NCBI GenBank assembly: GCA_934229625.1 | Contig: CAKQDU010000001.1 | Location: 83,078-147,077, forward strand | From: an uncultured Alphaproteobacteria bacterium | GTDB taxonomy: Bacteria > Pseudomonadota > Alphaproteobacteria > RF32 > CAG-239 | Reading direction: 5' to 3' | Length of the DNA stretch: 64,000 bases | Shown here: in pieces, positions 28,248 through 37,471 of the stretch | Layout: each line of letters opens with the position of its first letter | How positions within the stretch are numbered: position 1 is the stretch's first letter | The notes under the pieces: model-generated | Databases searched by the model: none | Told to the model about the DNA's origin: nothing | The model's input: the letters and a program-made list of their open reading frames with translations, nothing else | Translations under genes and position numbers: made by a program

Positions 28248-28736
28248 TTAGTTTTCCTTAATAAGTTTAGTGTCTTCGTGATTGGTTAATTTTTCTATTG
28301 TGGCGACAAAATCTTCTAAGTCTTGCAAGGTTCGAAAATCCTTGTAAACAGAGGCAAAACGGATATAGGCTATATTATCCAAATTAGCCAACACTTCCAT
28401 AACGCTTTGTCCTATCTGTTCCGTAGATATTTCAGCTTCGCCGGAGCTTTCAAACTTACGCTGTAAAGAGGTAACGATTTTTTCCACTCTTTCGGCAGAA
28501 ATAGGACGTTTGCGAACGGCGAGGGCAATAGAACGCTCAAGCTTGTCGCGGTCAAATTCCGTTCGGTCGCCGTTACGCTTGACGACAATAAGCTCTCTTA
28601 GCTGCACACGTTCAAATGTGGTAAAACGAGAGCCGCATTCCGGACATTCACGGCGGCGGCGCACCGAAGTATTGTCTTCGGTGTTGCGAGAATCTTTTAC
28701 TTGTGTTTCTTCACAGCCGCAAAAAGGACATTTCAT
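28248..28736 (-). CDS. nrdR: transcriptional repressor NrdR
   Basis: MKCPFCG...[12 protein letters not shown] zinc ribbon plus ATP-cone. Confidence 0.9.
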   Translation of the reverse strand: MKCPFCGCEETQVKDSRNTEDNTSVRRRRECPECGSRFTTFERVQLRELIVVKRNGDRTEFDRDKLERSIALAVRKRPISAERVEKIVTSLQRKFESSGEAEISTEQIGQSVMEVLANLDNIAYIRFASVYKDFRTLQDLEDFVATIEKLTNHEDTKLIKEN

Positions 28737-30074
28737 TTAAGCCGCACTCCCATTTTTCAAAAGTTCTTCCGTCACTTGATATAGTTTAGATGAATATCTA
28801 GCTCCTTTTATAAGGACTGTATCATTATTTTGCAAGAGTTTATTTAACAAAAAATCAGCAACTTGGTCTTTATTTTCAAAGTAATACTGCTGTTTTTCGA
28901 CCGGCAACTGCGCCAACATATCTTTCATTTCCGGACAAACCCCGACAACCACATCAATAGAGCTGTTTGCCAGCTGTTTTCCTATTTCTATGTGCCGTGC
29001 TTTGGAGGTGTCTCCAAGCTCTGCCATTTTACCCAATACTACAATTTTACGTCCTGCCGTATGGGTTTTATCCAAAGCTTCTATGCCGAGTTTCATCGCT
29101 TCCGGCTGTCCTGAATAGCTGTCATCAATCAAAGTATAATGACCGTCATGAATTTTTAAATTATGATGTTTGCCTCGTCCGTCCAGCGCGCCAAAATCTT
29201 TGATATAAGAAGCGGCTTTGTTTACATCCAAACCCAAAGCCTGCACCACGGTAAGAGCGCACCAGGCGTTATATAAATATTGTTCGCCTTCTTCTTGAGT
29301 GGTAAAATTATCGGTAGGGTGGGTGTTTTTGCCAAAGGTAATAATTTTGGCGTTATGCTTTTCAGCCTCGTTTTTCAGAATATCGGCAAAGTTGGTGTCT
29401 TCATTTATAACAGCTATTCCGCCGTGTTTCGGCAAACCTTCAAAAATTTCTGCCTTAGCATGGGCGATTCCTTCAAAATTTGGAAAAAATTCGATATGCA
29501 TCGGATAAACGTTGGTAATCACGGCGATATCCGGTTTAACCAAGTTTACGGAATGAGAAATTTCGCCTTTGGAACTCATACCCATTTCAATTATGGCGTA
29601 GCTTGCATCCATATCCATCTCGCACAAACTTTGCGGCACGCCGATTTGATTGTTATGATTACCTGCTGTGGCATAGGTTTTGGCAAAATGTGAGAGCAAA
29701 AAAGCGATTTCTTCTTTGGTGGTGGTTTTGCCTGCGCTTCCGGTTAGACCGATAACCTTGCCTTTAAATTGACTGCGGTTATAAGCGCCGATTTTGCCAT
29801 AGGCTTCCAAAGTGTCCGGCACAATCAGCTGTTTTTCTGCCGGAATATCTTTCAGCAAATGGTCCACAACGACCAGAGGACAACCTTTAGCCACAACGTC
29901 TTTTACAAAATCATGTGCATCAAATCTTTCACCGCGCAAAGCTATAAATAAAGAATGCTCGTCAACTTTGCGGCTATCGGTAGATATGTTATTTATTTCA
30001 ATATCTGCGGATACCGAGTTGCTGCCAATAATTTCCGCCAGTTTTTCTGAGTTTATCTTTATCATAATCAGCAC
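28737..30074 (-). CDS. murF: UDP-N-acetylmuramoyl-tripeptide--D-alanyl-D-alanine ligase
   Basis: DSRKV...SLFIALRGERFDAHDF and GLTGSAGKTTTKE match MurF. Mur ligase middle and C-terminal domains present. Confidence 0.85.
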   Translation of the reverse strand: MLIMIKINSEKLAEIIGSNSVSADIEINNISTDSRKVDEHSLFIALRGERFDAHDFVKDVVAKGCPLVVVDHLLKDIPAEKQLIVPDTLEAYGKIGAYNRSQFKGKVIGLTGSAGKTTTKEEIAFLLSHFAKTYATAGNHNNQIGVPQSLCEMDMDASYAIIEMGMSSKGEISHSVNLVKPDIAVITNVYPMHIEFFPNFEGIAHAKAEIFEGLPKHGGIAVINEDTNFADILKNEAEKHNAKIITFGKNTHPTDNFTTQEEGEQYLYNAWCALTVVQALGLDVNKAASYIKDFGALDGRGKHHNLKIHDGHYTLIDDSYSGQPEAMKLGIEALDKTHTAGRKIVVLGKMAELGDTSKARHIEIGKQLANSSIDVVVGVCPEMKDMLAQLPVEKQQYYFENKDQVADFLLNKLLQNNDTVLIKGARYSSKLYQVTEELLKNGSAA

Positions 30075-31510
30075 TCGATGTCTTTACTGGTTTTTACATA
30101 ATTTTCCACTAATACAGTTCCGCGTTTTGCCGGAATAATTGCTCCGGGGCCGGCAATACAGCCACCTTCACAGCACATAACTTCGACCATGTTAGCATCT
30201 TCGGGAGCTTTGGCGGCAAAACGTTTTAGAAGTTTGCAGCTTTCTTTTGTCAAACCGTCAATTTTCAGCGGTTTATATTCTGCTTTGTTGCCAACTACAA
30301 ATTGCACGGCACCGGCTACGCCTCCGGAAATTGGAAAACGTCTGCCTTGAGCCGAAGATTCCACGGCGAATTTATCGGCTTCTAACGCAGTCGGGTTGAT
30401 TTGCGCGGCATCAAAGGCGGCTTGAAGTTCTTCAAAAATCAAAACATAGTCAACATTAGGATTACGCTCGGCTTCTAAACGTTTAGCCAAACAAGGTCCG
30501 ACAAATACGGTTTTGTATTCCGGAAATTCTTTTTTCATCACTTCGGCAATGTAATACATCGGACTGCCTGAGGTGGAAACATATTCTTTAAGTTCCGGCA
30601 TATGTTTTTCCATTGCCTGAACCCAAGCCGGACAGCAAGATGTAGTCATGAATTTTGCACCTTCATGCATACGTTCCACAAATTCTGCCGCTTCATTTTT
30701 AGTTGTTATATCCGCGCCTTGCGCCACTTCGACCACTTCGTCAAAGCCAAGTTTTTTGAAGGCGGTTATAACTTTTCCCAAATCGTTGCTGAACTGACCG
30801 ATAACAGCCGGCGCCAGCATGGCAATAGTTTTTTTCTGCGGATTTTTCAGGGTTTTCAAAACGTCCAGCAGCTGCGAATTGTGAGCAATTGCGCCAAACG
30901 GACAAGAAACAATACATTTGCCGCAAGAAATGCATTTATCATAGTCAATATGTTCTATTCCGTTTTCATCTTTGCTGATTGCGCCAACCGGACAAGCATC
31001 TTCACAAGGAACAAGAGCTTTGTTAATGGCATTATAAGGGCAGTTGCCGGCACAAAGTCCGCATTTAATGCAGTTATCTTGTAAAATTACTGCTTTTTTA
31101 GCGACAATGATTGTCTTTTTAGGGCAGTTTACGGCGCAAGGACGGGCATAGCAGCCGTGGCAAGCGCTGGTTACTTCATAATGAGTTGATTTGCAAGCGT
31201 CGCAAACACCTGGCAAAACCGAAACAGTTGCTTTTTCTGCTTTTGTACGGGCTAAAAAATCTTTAGCCGCGTCAGTTAGATTTTTTTCAGAATCAACGTC
31301 ACAAGGAGTAAATCCCAATGCCGCTAAACAAAGCTGCTTTACGGCATTGCGGTCTTTTTCCAGAGAGCCGCGCGCCGGTTTAGAAGTATCCGGCACCAAA
31401 TTTTCGGGGATATTTTCAATATCGGATAAATTATTTTCTAAAAAACTTTTGGCAACACTAGTTAAAACAGAAAGCCGTAAAACAGCGGCATTGTTTTTTG
31501 GATTAAGCAT
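30068..31510 (-). CDS. [FeFe]-hydrogenase-like protein (ferredoxin-like N-terminus plus H-cluster domain)
   Basis: Several CxxCxxCxxxCP ferredoxin motifs. H-domain motifs L1 TSCCPAW and L2 GPCLAKRLE. L3 is EVMCCEGGCIAGPG, which deviates from the canonical MACxGGCxxGGGQP. LGFDEVVEVAQGADIT segment. Confidence 0.7.
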   Translation of the reverse strand: MLNPKNNAAVLRLSVLTSVAKSFLENNLSDIENIPENLVPDTSKPARGSLEKDRNAVKQLCLAALGFTPCDVDSEKNLTDAAKDFLARTKAEKATVSVLPGVCDACKSTHYEVTSACHGCYARPCAVNCPKKTIIVAKKAVILQDNCIKCGLCAGNCPYNAINKALVPCEDACPVGAISKDENGIEHIDYDKCISCGKCIVSCPFGAIAHNSQLLDVLKTLKNPQKKTIAMLAPAVIGQFSNDLGKVITAFKKLGFDEVVEVAQGADITTKNEAAEFVERMHEGAKFMTTSCCPAWVQAMEKHMPELKEYVSTSGSPMYYIAEVMKKEFPEYKTVFVGPCLAKRLEAERNPNVDYVLIFEELQAAFDAAQINPTALEADKFAVESSAQGRRFPISGGVAGAVQFVVGNKAEYKPLKIDGLTKESCKLLKRFAAKAPEDANMVEVMCCEGGCIAGPGAIIPAKRGTVLVENYVKTSKDIEC

Positions 31511-31675
31511 AAGAATTAGGCCCTTTCAATAAAATCGTTCAAATTAACCTAATCTTATACAATAACTTACGTAAAAAGCAATAGTTTTTGCGGATGCGTC
31601 TACAAGCTTTTGAAGTAAAAAAATTGGTTAAGTATTATTTATCGCTGCTTAACCAATTCTCTATAAAATTTTGCT

Positions 31676-34015
31676 TCAGGCTCTGCGGAGATAAGTTCCC
31701 ATAATTTTGCGGCGGCCAAATTTTTCAAATTCCACTTCACAAGTCTGACCTTCTACGTTAGTTATTTTACCATATCCAAAACTTTCGTGATATACTTTTG
31801 TGCCAACCAGACTGGACGCTTTGCTGCTTTGATACGAATCATAATCGGCATAATCGTCGGGTTCATAGTCATAGTCGGCTTGATAACTCGGTTTGGTCGA
31901 AAACTTTGGCTTGTTGCTGTATTTGCTGCCGTATTTTTTGTATCCGCCGTTATAGCCGCTGTTGTTGCCGTATGAATTGTAACCAGAACCGCCGCCGTTG
32001 TAGCAGCTGCTGGTTTGGTTGACAATATCCAACGTCGAAGTTGGAATTTCATTCAAAAAGCGTGACGGCATATTGTTTTGCCATTGTCCGTAAATACGGC
32101 GGCAATAAGTGGTTGTGATATAGAGTTTTTGCTTGGCGCGCGTGATGGCCACATAGGCTAGACGGCGTTCTTCTTCAAGCGAGTTAGCTCCTTCTTCCAA
32201 ACTTCTTTGATGAGGAAACAAACCTTCTTCCCAGCCTGGCAAAAAAACGATGTTAAATTCCAGACCTTTGGCAGAGTGCAGAGTAATAAGCATAACCTTA
32301 TTATTGTCAACGGCGTTGTCGTTATCCATTACCAAACTGACGTGTTCCAAAAATTCCGATAAATTCGGATAGTTTTCGGTGTCGCCCATCACGCCGACCA
32401 GCTCTCGCAAGTTTTCTATACGTCCCGGAGCGTCAGCCGAAGTATCATTTTTCAGCATTTCCAAATAGCCGGACTCGTCCAAAACCTGTTCAGCCAAATC
32501 GTTTGGCGAAACAGCGTCGGACATGCGCTGCCATTCGGCAAATTTTGCCATAAGTTCGCTTAAATTTGCTTTTGCTTTGCCGCTTAATCCGCCGTTTTCC
32601 AACAAAATATGAACCGCCGCAAACATAGATGTATGGTTATCGCGAGCGGTTTCTTGCAATTTTTCAATAGTTTTGGCGCCAATGCCGCGTGCCGGCTTGT
32701 TGATGATACGCTCAAACGCCAAATCATCGCCAGGCTGCAAAATAACTCTGAAATAAGCCAATAAATCACGAATTTCAGCACGTTCATAGAATTTTGGTCC
32801 GCCGATAACCTGATATGGTATGGCTTCGCTGATAAATTTTTCTTCAAATTCACGGGTTTGAAAAGCCGTGCGCACCAAAACTGCAAAATCGGAGTAGGGA
32901 TGTCCGCCGCGGTGTAAACGCTCAATTTCAGAGGCAATCCATTTGGCTTCTTCCTCACCGCTGTAAATGCTTAACACTTTGATTTTTTCGTTAATTCCTC
33001 GGCACGCCGGACTATTTTCGGCCACGCGCAAAGTTTTTCCCAAACGTGTTGAATTGTGGGCTATCAGCGCTGAAGCGGCGTTTAAAATGTTGGCCGTTGA
33101 GCGATAGTTACGCTCCAAACGGATAACTTTGGCGTCTTCAAAATCTTTTTGAAAGCGCATAATATTTTCAATTTCCGCTCCGCGCCAAGAATAAATGGAT
33201 TGGTCGTCATCGCCGACACAGCACAAATTGCGGTATTTTTGCGAAAGCAGACGCAAAAACAGATATTGCGTAACGTTGGTGTCTTGATACTCGTCCACCA
33301 TAATATATTTGAATTTTTCTTGGTATTTGCGCAAAATTTCGGCGTCAGACATTAAAATAGTGAGCGTATCCAGCAAAATATCGCCAAAGTCAACACAATT
33401 CAGCTCCACCAAACGGGTCTGATATTTTTTATAGACTTCAAGCAAAACATTAGAACGATAATCTTGCTCTGCTTTATCAACTGTAATTCCTTTGTCTTTT
33501 AAACGAGAAATTTTTTCCATTATGCTTTGCGCCGGATATTTTTTTTCATCAATGCCGGAAGATTCGCAAATTTGTTTAATCAAGCGTTTTTGGTCGTCTT
33601 CGCCTAAAATTGTGAAATTTGAATGTAAGCCGACCACTTCGGCGTGAACGCGTAAAATTTTGACACAGATGCTGTGAAAAGTTCCAAGCCAGACGCTGTT
33701 TGCCATATCGCCGATAAGATTTTGCACACGCTCTTTCATTTCTTTGGCTGCGCGGTTGGTGAAAGTGACTACCAGACAATTCCACGGCTGAGCTTTCTGC
33801 ATGGTTAAAATGTAAGCTAGTCTGGTTGTCAGCACCTTAGTTTTTCCCGTACCAGCGCCGGAAAGCACCAAAAGCGGTCCTTCGGTTGTTTCCACGGCCT
33901 GTTTTTGCTCAGGATTAAGTTCATTCAGCCACGGCACAGAGGGGCGCAAAGCGCTGATATTGTCATAAATCTGCGGCGCGCAGCTGCTGTCGTCCAAATC
34001 AAATATGTCACTCAT
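31676..34015 (-). CDS. UvrD/Rep/PcrA-family DNA helicase with Gly/Tyr/Asn-rich linker and Tudor-like C-terminal domain
   Basis: GAGTGKT Walker A and helicase motifs I-VI. Low-complexity GGGSGYNSYGNNSGYNGGYKKYG. C-terminal GTKVYHESFGYGKITNV...VEFEKFGRRKIM. Confidence 0.85.
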   Translation of the reverse strand: MSDIFDLDDSSCAPQIYDNISALRPSVPWLNELNPEQKQAVETTEGPLLVLSGAGTGKTKVLTTRLAYILTMQKAQPWNCLVVTFTNRAAKEMKERVQNLIGDMANSVWLGTFHSICVKILRVHAEVVGLHSNFTILGEDDQKRLIKQICESSGIDEKKYPAQSIMEKISRLKDKGITVDKAEQDYRSNVLLEVYKKYQTRLVELNCVDFGDILLDTLTILMSDAEILRKYQEKFKYIMVDEYQDTNVTQYLFLRLLSQKYRNLCCVGDDDQSIYSWRGAEIENIMRFQKDFEDAKVIRLERNYRSTANILNAASALIAHNSTRLGKTLRVAENSPACRGINEKIKVLSIYSGEEEAKWIASEIERLHRGGHPYSDFAVLVRTAFQTREFEEKFISEAIPYQVIGGPKFYERAEIRDLLAYFRVILQPGDDLAFERIINKPARGIGAKTIEKLQETARDNHTSMFAAVHILLENGGLSGKAKANLSELMAKFAEWQRMSDAVSPNDLAEQVLDESGYLEMLKNDTSADAPGRIENLRELVGVMGDTENYPNLSEFLEHVSLVMDNDNAVDNNKVMLITLHSAKGLEFNIVFLPGWEEGLFPHQRSLEEGANSLEEERRLAYVAITRAKQKLYITTTYCRRIYGQWQNNMPSRFLNEIPTSTLDIVNQTSSCYNGGGSGYNSYGNNSGYNGGYKKYGSKYSNKPKFSTKPSYQADYDYEPDDYADYDSYQSSKASSLVGTKVYHESFGYGKITNVEGQTCEVEFEKFGRRKIMGTYLRRA

Positions 34016-34122
34016 TTTAGAAATCTTCTTGTTTTTAACATTTTTAAAACCTATATATCGTAAATATAAAAGAAAGAAAAGTTTTTATTTAGACTTGCGT
34101 ACAATTTTTTGAAAGGCTTAAA

Positions 34123-35112
34123 ATGTCAGAAATCAGAAATAAAATAACAAACTTAAAACAATTTATGGAAAGCCGTATTTTGGGGCAGGAAGCTTTAGTC
34201 AGAAAGCTGATAATATCCATGCTTGCAGATGGCCATGTGTTGGTTGAGGGCGCTCCCGGACTGGCAAAAACAAAAGCAATAAAAACATTGTCCGAATGTA
34301 TTGATGCTTTGTATAGCCGTATTCAATTTACCCCTGATTTGCTGCCGTCAGATATTACCGGAAGTGATATCTATGTTGCTTCTACGGGAGTGTTTGAATT
34401 TAGAAAAGGTCCGATTTTTGCTAATTTGGTTTTGGCCGATGAAATTAACCGCGCGCCGGCAAAAGTTCAATCCGCGCTACTGGAATCGATGGCCGAAAGA
34501 CAAGTCAGCGTCGGCGGAAAACTTTATAAATTACCAAAATTGTTTATGGTTATGGCTACACAAAACCCGATTGAACACGAAGGAACATACAATCTTCCTG
34601 AAGCTCAGCTTGATAGATTTTTGATGTATATAAAAATAAATCAGCCGGACGCGGTTACGGAACGAAAGATTTTGCAGCTGGTGCGAAATGAAGACAACAA
34701 TACTCAAACCTCGGCTGACAGTTTAGCTCAATTCAAAGCCAAATTCGGTACTCTTAAATATGACGATATCAACGCCGCACGGCAAGAAGCCTATAAAATT
34801 CATTGCAGCGACGCTATTGAAGAATATCTAATTCAGCTGATTATGGCTACACGGCATCCGGAACGCTATGACGAATCGCTGAAAAACACCATTGCATTCG
34901 GCGCAAGTCCGCGTGCCACAATTGCTTTGGATAAATGCGCTAAAATAAACGCTTGGCTTGCCGGCCGCGATTTTGTAACACCAGAAGACATTCATTCTGT
35001 TGTTTATGATGTGTTGCGCCATAGAATTATTTTAAGCTTTGAAGCTCAGGCAAGCGGTCTAACAAGTGATGAAATTATAACAAAATTGCTAAAGGTTGTA
35101 CCTTTGCCGTAA
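34123..35112 (+). CDS. MoxR-family AAA+ ATPase
   Basis: HVLVEGAPGLAKT Walker A, LLADEINRAP Walker B, 329 aa. Confidence 0.85.
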   Translation: MSEIRNKITNLKQFMESRILGQEALVRKLIISMLADGHVLVEGAPGLAKTKAIKTLSECIDALYSRIQFTPDLLPSDITGSDIYVASTGVFEFRKGPIFANLVLADEINRAPAKVQSALLESMAERQVSVGGKLYKLPKLFMVMATQNPIEHEGTYNLPEAQLDRFLMYIKINQPDAVTERKILQLVRNEDNNTQTSADSLAQFKAKFGTLKYDDINAARQEAYKIHCSDAIEEYLIQLIMATRHPERYDESLKNTIAFGASPRATIALDKCAKINAWLAGRDFVTPEDIHSVVYDVLRHRIILSFEAQASGLTSDEIITKLLKVVPLP

Positions 35113-35115
35113 GGA

Positions 35116-36045
35116 TTGATTGCTATGCTGTTTTTTAAAAAAAATAAAAAGCAGAACGTAATAAACGGGTTGACCGTCGCGGTGCCGGATTTGATTGCAC
35201 AGCAGCGTTTTTTGCCATATTTGCTACGGCAACACGATTTTATAACTTCAAGCCGCTCAGGCAATGTTAAATCTGCGTTCAAGGGCAGGGGAATAGAACT
35301 TGAAGAAGTGCGCGCCTATAATTTTGGCGATGATGTGCGCGATATAGATTGGCGTATTACCGCTCGAAAATCAGAACCGTTTACCAAAGTGTATTCTGAG
35401 GAAAAAGACCGGCTTATAACTGTTGTGCTTGATTTGTCGGCAACAATGATATTCGGCTCCAAAAAAGAGTTGAAATCAGTCGCCGCTGCCAAAATAGCCG
35501 CATTGCTTGGATGGCTTTCGGTTCGTAATAAGGACCGTTTCGGAATTTTAATATATGACGGAGAAAATTCTTTTTATTTTAAACCGCAGGGAAATATGAA
35601 TAATTTGATGTCGGTGTTCGGTAAAATTTCTGAATTCAGCAAAAAAGCTTTGAACGGCGGCAGAATCGGAAATTTGGGCGATGCTCTTAAAACATTGGAA
35701 TATCATCAAAAAGGACAGGGTACAATTTTTATAATAAGTGATTTTTATCATTTTGATAACGAACAGTTTAAAAATATTGCGGCGTTGGCCAAAAATAATA
35801 AAATTTACTGCGTGCAAGTGTTTGATATTTTGGAAGACATCGCTCCGCCCAATGGAGAATACCGAATAATTTATAACGGACAGGAACTGGAGTTTAACAG
35901 CTCATCCGATAGTTTTAAGGCGGAATATAAAAAATATTTTGCCCAAAATCGAGAAAATATTAGAAGAAATTGCCAAAAATTTTTATGCAAATATCTTGAA
36001 ATTCGTACTGATATGCCTATTTTCAAACAGTTACAGCTTATGTAA
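35116..36045 (+). CDS. DUF58 (vWA-like) protein, MoxR partner
   Basis: GRGIELEEVRAYNFGDDVRDIDWR is typical of DUF58. Translationally coupled to MoxR. Confidence 0.7.
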   Translation: MIAMLFFKKNKKQNVINGLTVAVPDLIAQQRFLPYLLRQHDFITSSRSGNVKSAFKGRGIELEEVRAYNFGDDVRDIDWRITARKSEPFTKVYSEEKDRLITVVLDLSATMIFGSKKELKSVAAAKIAALLGWLSVRNKDRFGILIYDGENSFYFKPQGNMNNLMSVFGKISEFSKKALNGGRIGNLGDALKTLEYHQKGQGTIFIISDFYHFDNEQFKNIAALAKNNKIYCVQVFDILEDIAPPNGEYRIIYNGQELEFNSSSDSFKAEYKKYFAQNRENIRRNCQKFLCKYLEIRTDMPIFKQLQLM

Positions 36046-36117
36046 AAAAACTTGACATAATAATATTATTGTGTTAACACTTCAAAAGAATTATTATTGT
36101 ATAATAAAGAGGTAAAA

Positions 36118-37083
36118 ATGGTTAAATTAAATGAAAACACAGCATACAAAAGAGGACAGGAACTTTTAGATGCCGGTCAATACGAAGAAGCTATACAAAA
36201 ATTTGCAGAAGTGATAGCTGAAAATCCAAGAGCTTGGAAAGCAATGAACAGCCAGGGATTTGCTTATCAAAAAATGAGTAAATATACAGATGCGGTTGAG
36301 TGCTTTGATAAAGCATTGGCTGTTAATCCTAAATCTGTCGAAGTCTTGAATAATAAAGGCGTGACTTTGAGTATGCGTGGACTTTATAAAGAAGCAATCG
36401 CTTGTTTTGATGAAGCTTTTGCCAATGATTGCACCTCTTTGGAAGCTTTAAACGGTAAGGCTATTGCCTTGCAGCACATGTTTTCATACAAAGAAGCTTT
36501 GGATGTTTTGGAAGAAGCTATGAAAATTGACAGCAAACATCCTCAAACATTACTAAGTATCGCAGTAACTTTACAAAAATTGAAACAATATGACCGTTCA
36601 ATTTCTTTTTTCAAAAAAGTTTTGTCAGGCGATAAATACAATACAAAAGCTTGGAATGGTATCGGTGTTACATATCAGCTGATGGGGGATAATGAATCCG
36701 CTTTGAAATGTTTTACAAAAATTCTGAATATTAACAGCCAGGAATTGCAGGCATGGATAAGCATCGGCTATGTATATCAAAAAATGTTTAAATTTAAAGA
36801 TGCTTTGAAATGCTATAAAAAAGCTCAAGCCATTGTCGGCGGACGTTATACTCACAAACTTTATGACGGTTTGGCTTCTTGCTTAACCAAACTTTCAGAA
36901 TTTGACCAGGCTATTGAGGTTTATAAGCTTATTTATCAAAGTGAAGAAGGTAAAAGAAAATGGGACGCTCAGCGCTCTATAAAATTTGTAAACAAATTAA
37001 AGCGTAAACAAGCTGTCGGTCAGTTGCCGGATATCATGCCTAAAACAGACATAGAAGATGCCGAAACCTCTGTCGCCGAATAA
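36118..37083 (+). CDS. TPR-repeat protein
   Basis: At least seven 34-aa TPR units (AxxxxGxAYxxxxxYxxAxxxFxxAL pattern). RBS AGAGG. Start chosen at 36118. Confidence 0.7.
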   Translation: MVKLNENTAYKRGQELLDAGQYEEAIQKFAEVIAENPRAWKAMNSQGFAYQKMSKYTDAVECFDKALAVNPKSVEVLNNKGVTLSMRGLYKEAIACFDEAFANDCTSLEALNGKAIALQHMFSYKEALDVLEEAMKIDSKHPQTLLSIAVTLQKLKQYDRSISFFKKVLSGDKYNTKAWNGIGVTYQLMGDNESALKCFTKILNINSQELQAWISIGYVYQKMFKFKDALKCYKKAQAIVGGRYTHKLYDGLASCLTKLSEFDQAIEVYKLIYQSEEGKRKWDAQRSIKFVNKLKRKQAVGQLPDIMPKTDIEDAETSVAE

Positions 37084-37267
37084 AAATTTGGTCAAAATAT
37101 TTCAAGAAATAAAAACGGTTGTGTTAAAACAGCCGTTTTTTATATTGAAAATTGTAGATTAAAATCGTTTGTTTTCTGTTTTTAGGTTACATTTTATCGT
37201 TGCTTTAATTTTTTGCTTGATTATTAAGCATTCTATACTCTATACTAGCAATGTACTGAGAAGTGCA

Positions 37268-37448
37268 GGGCGTCAGAAACCCTTTATACATACAGTCGTT
37301 GAGCATAATACGACTTAAAATTTGTTATGCCGATTTTCTGTTCGCTGGACGGATGTCGGCTAAATAAGGTTTCGGCCAAATAAGCCGAGCCGTTTGTATG
37401 TATACGGTTTCTGAACATCCGCCCGCTTTGCAGCGGGTTTTATTTTTT
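37268..37448 (+). ncRNA. candidate terminator/antiterminator leader RNA upstream of pilin P3
   Basis: Imperfect 28/35-nt inverted repeat (37268-37295 versus 37390-37424). Its 3' arm overlaps the hairpin cccgctttgcagcggg plus U-run (37420-37448), which ends 25 nt before the RBS. Confidence 0.4.
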
Positions 37449-37471
37449 GTGTTTTTAGGAGGTTTGGAAAT

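Noticed and set aside
31762-32052. Several 60-100-aa ORFs on both strands inside the uvrD 3' region
   Set aside because: Artefacts of the low-complexity Gly/Tyr/Asn-rich coding tract. They overlap a well-supported helicase frame.
37296-37392. c-di-GMP-I (GEMM) riboswitch in the P3 leader
   Set aside because: Only a weak GGACGGATGTCGGC resemblance to the GGACGCAAAGCC core. Kept as a generic attenuator candidate pending a covariance-model scan.
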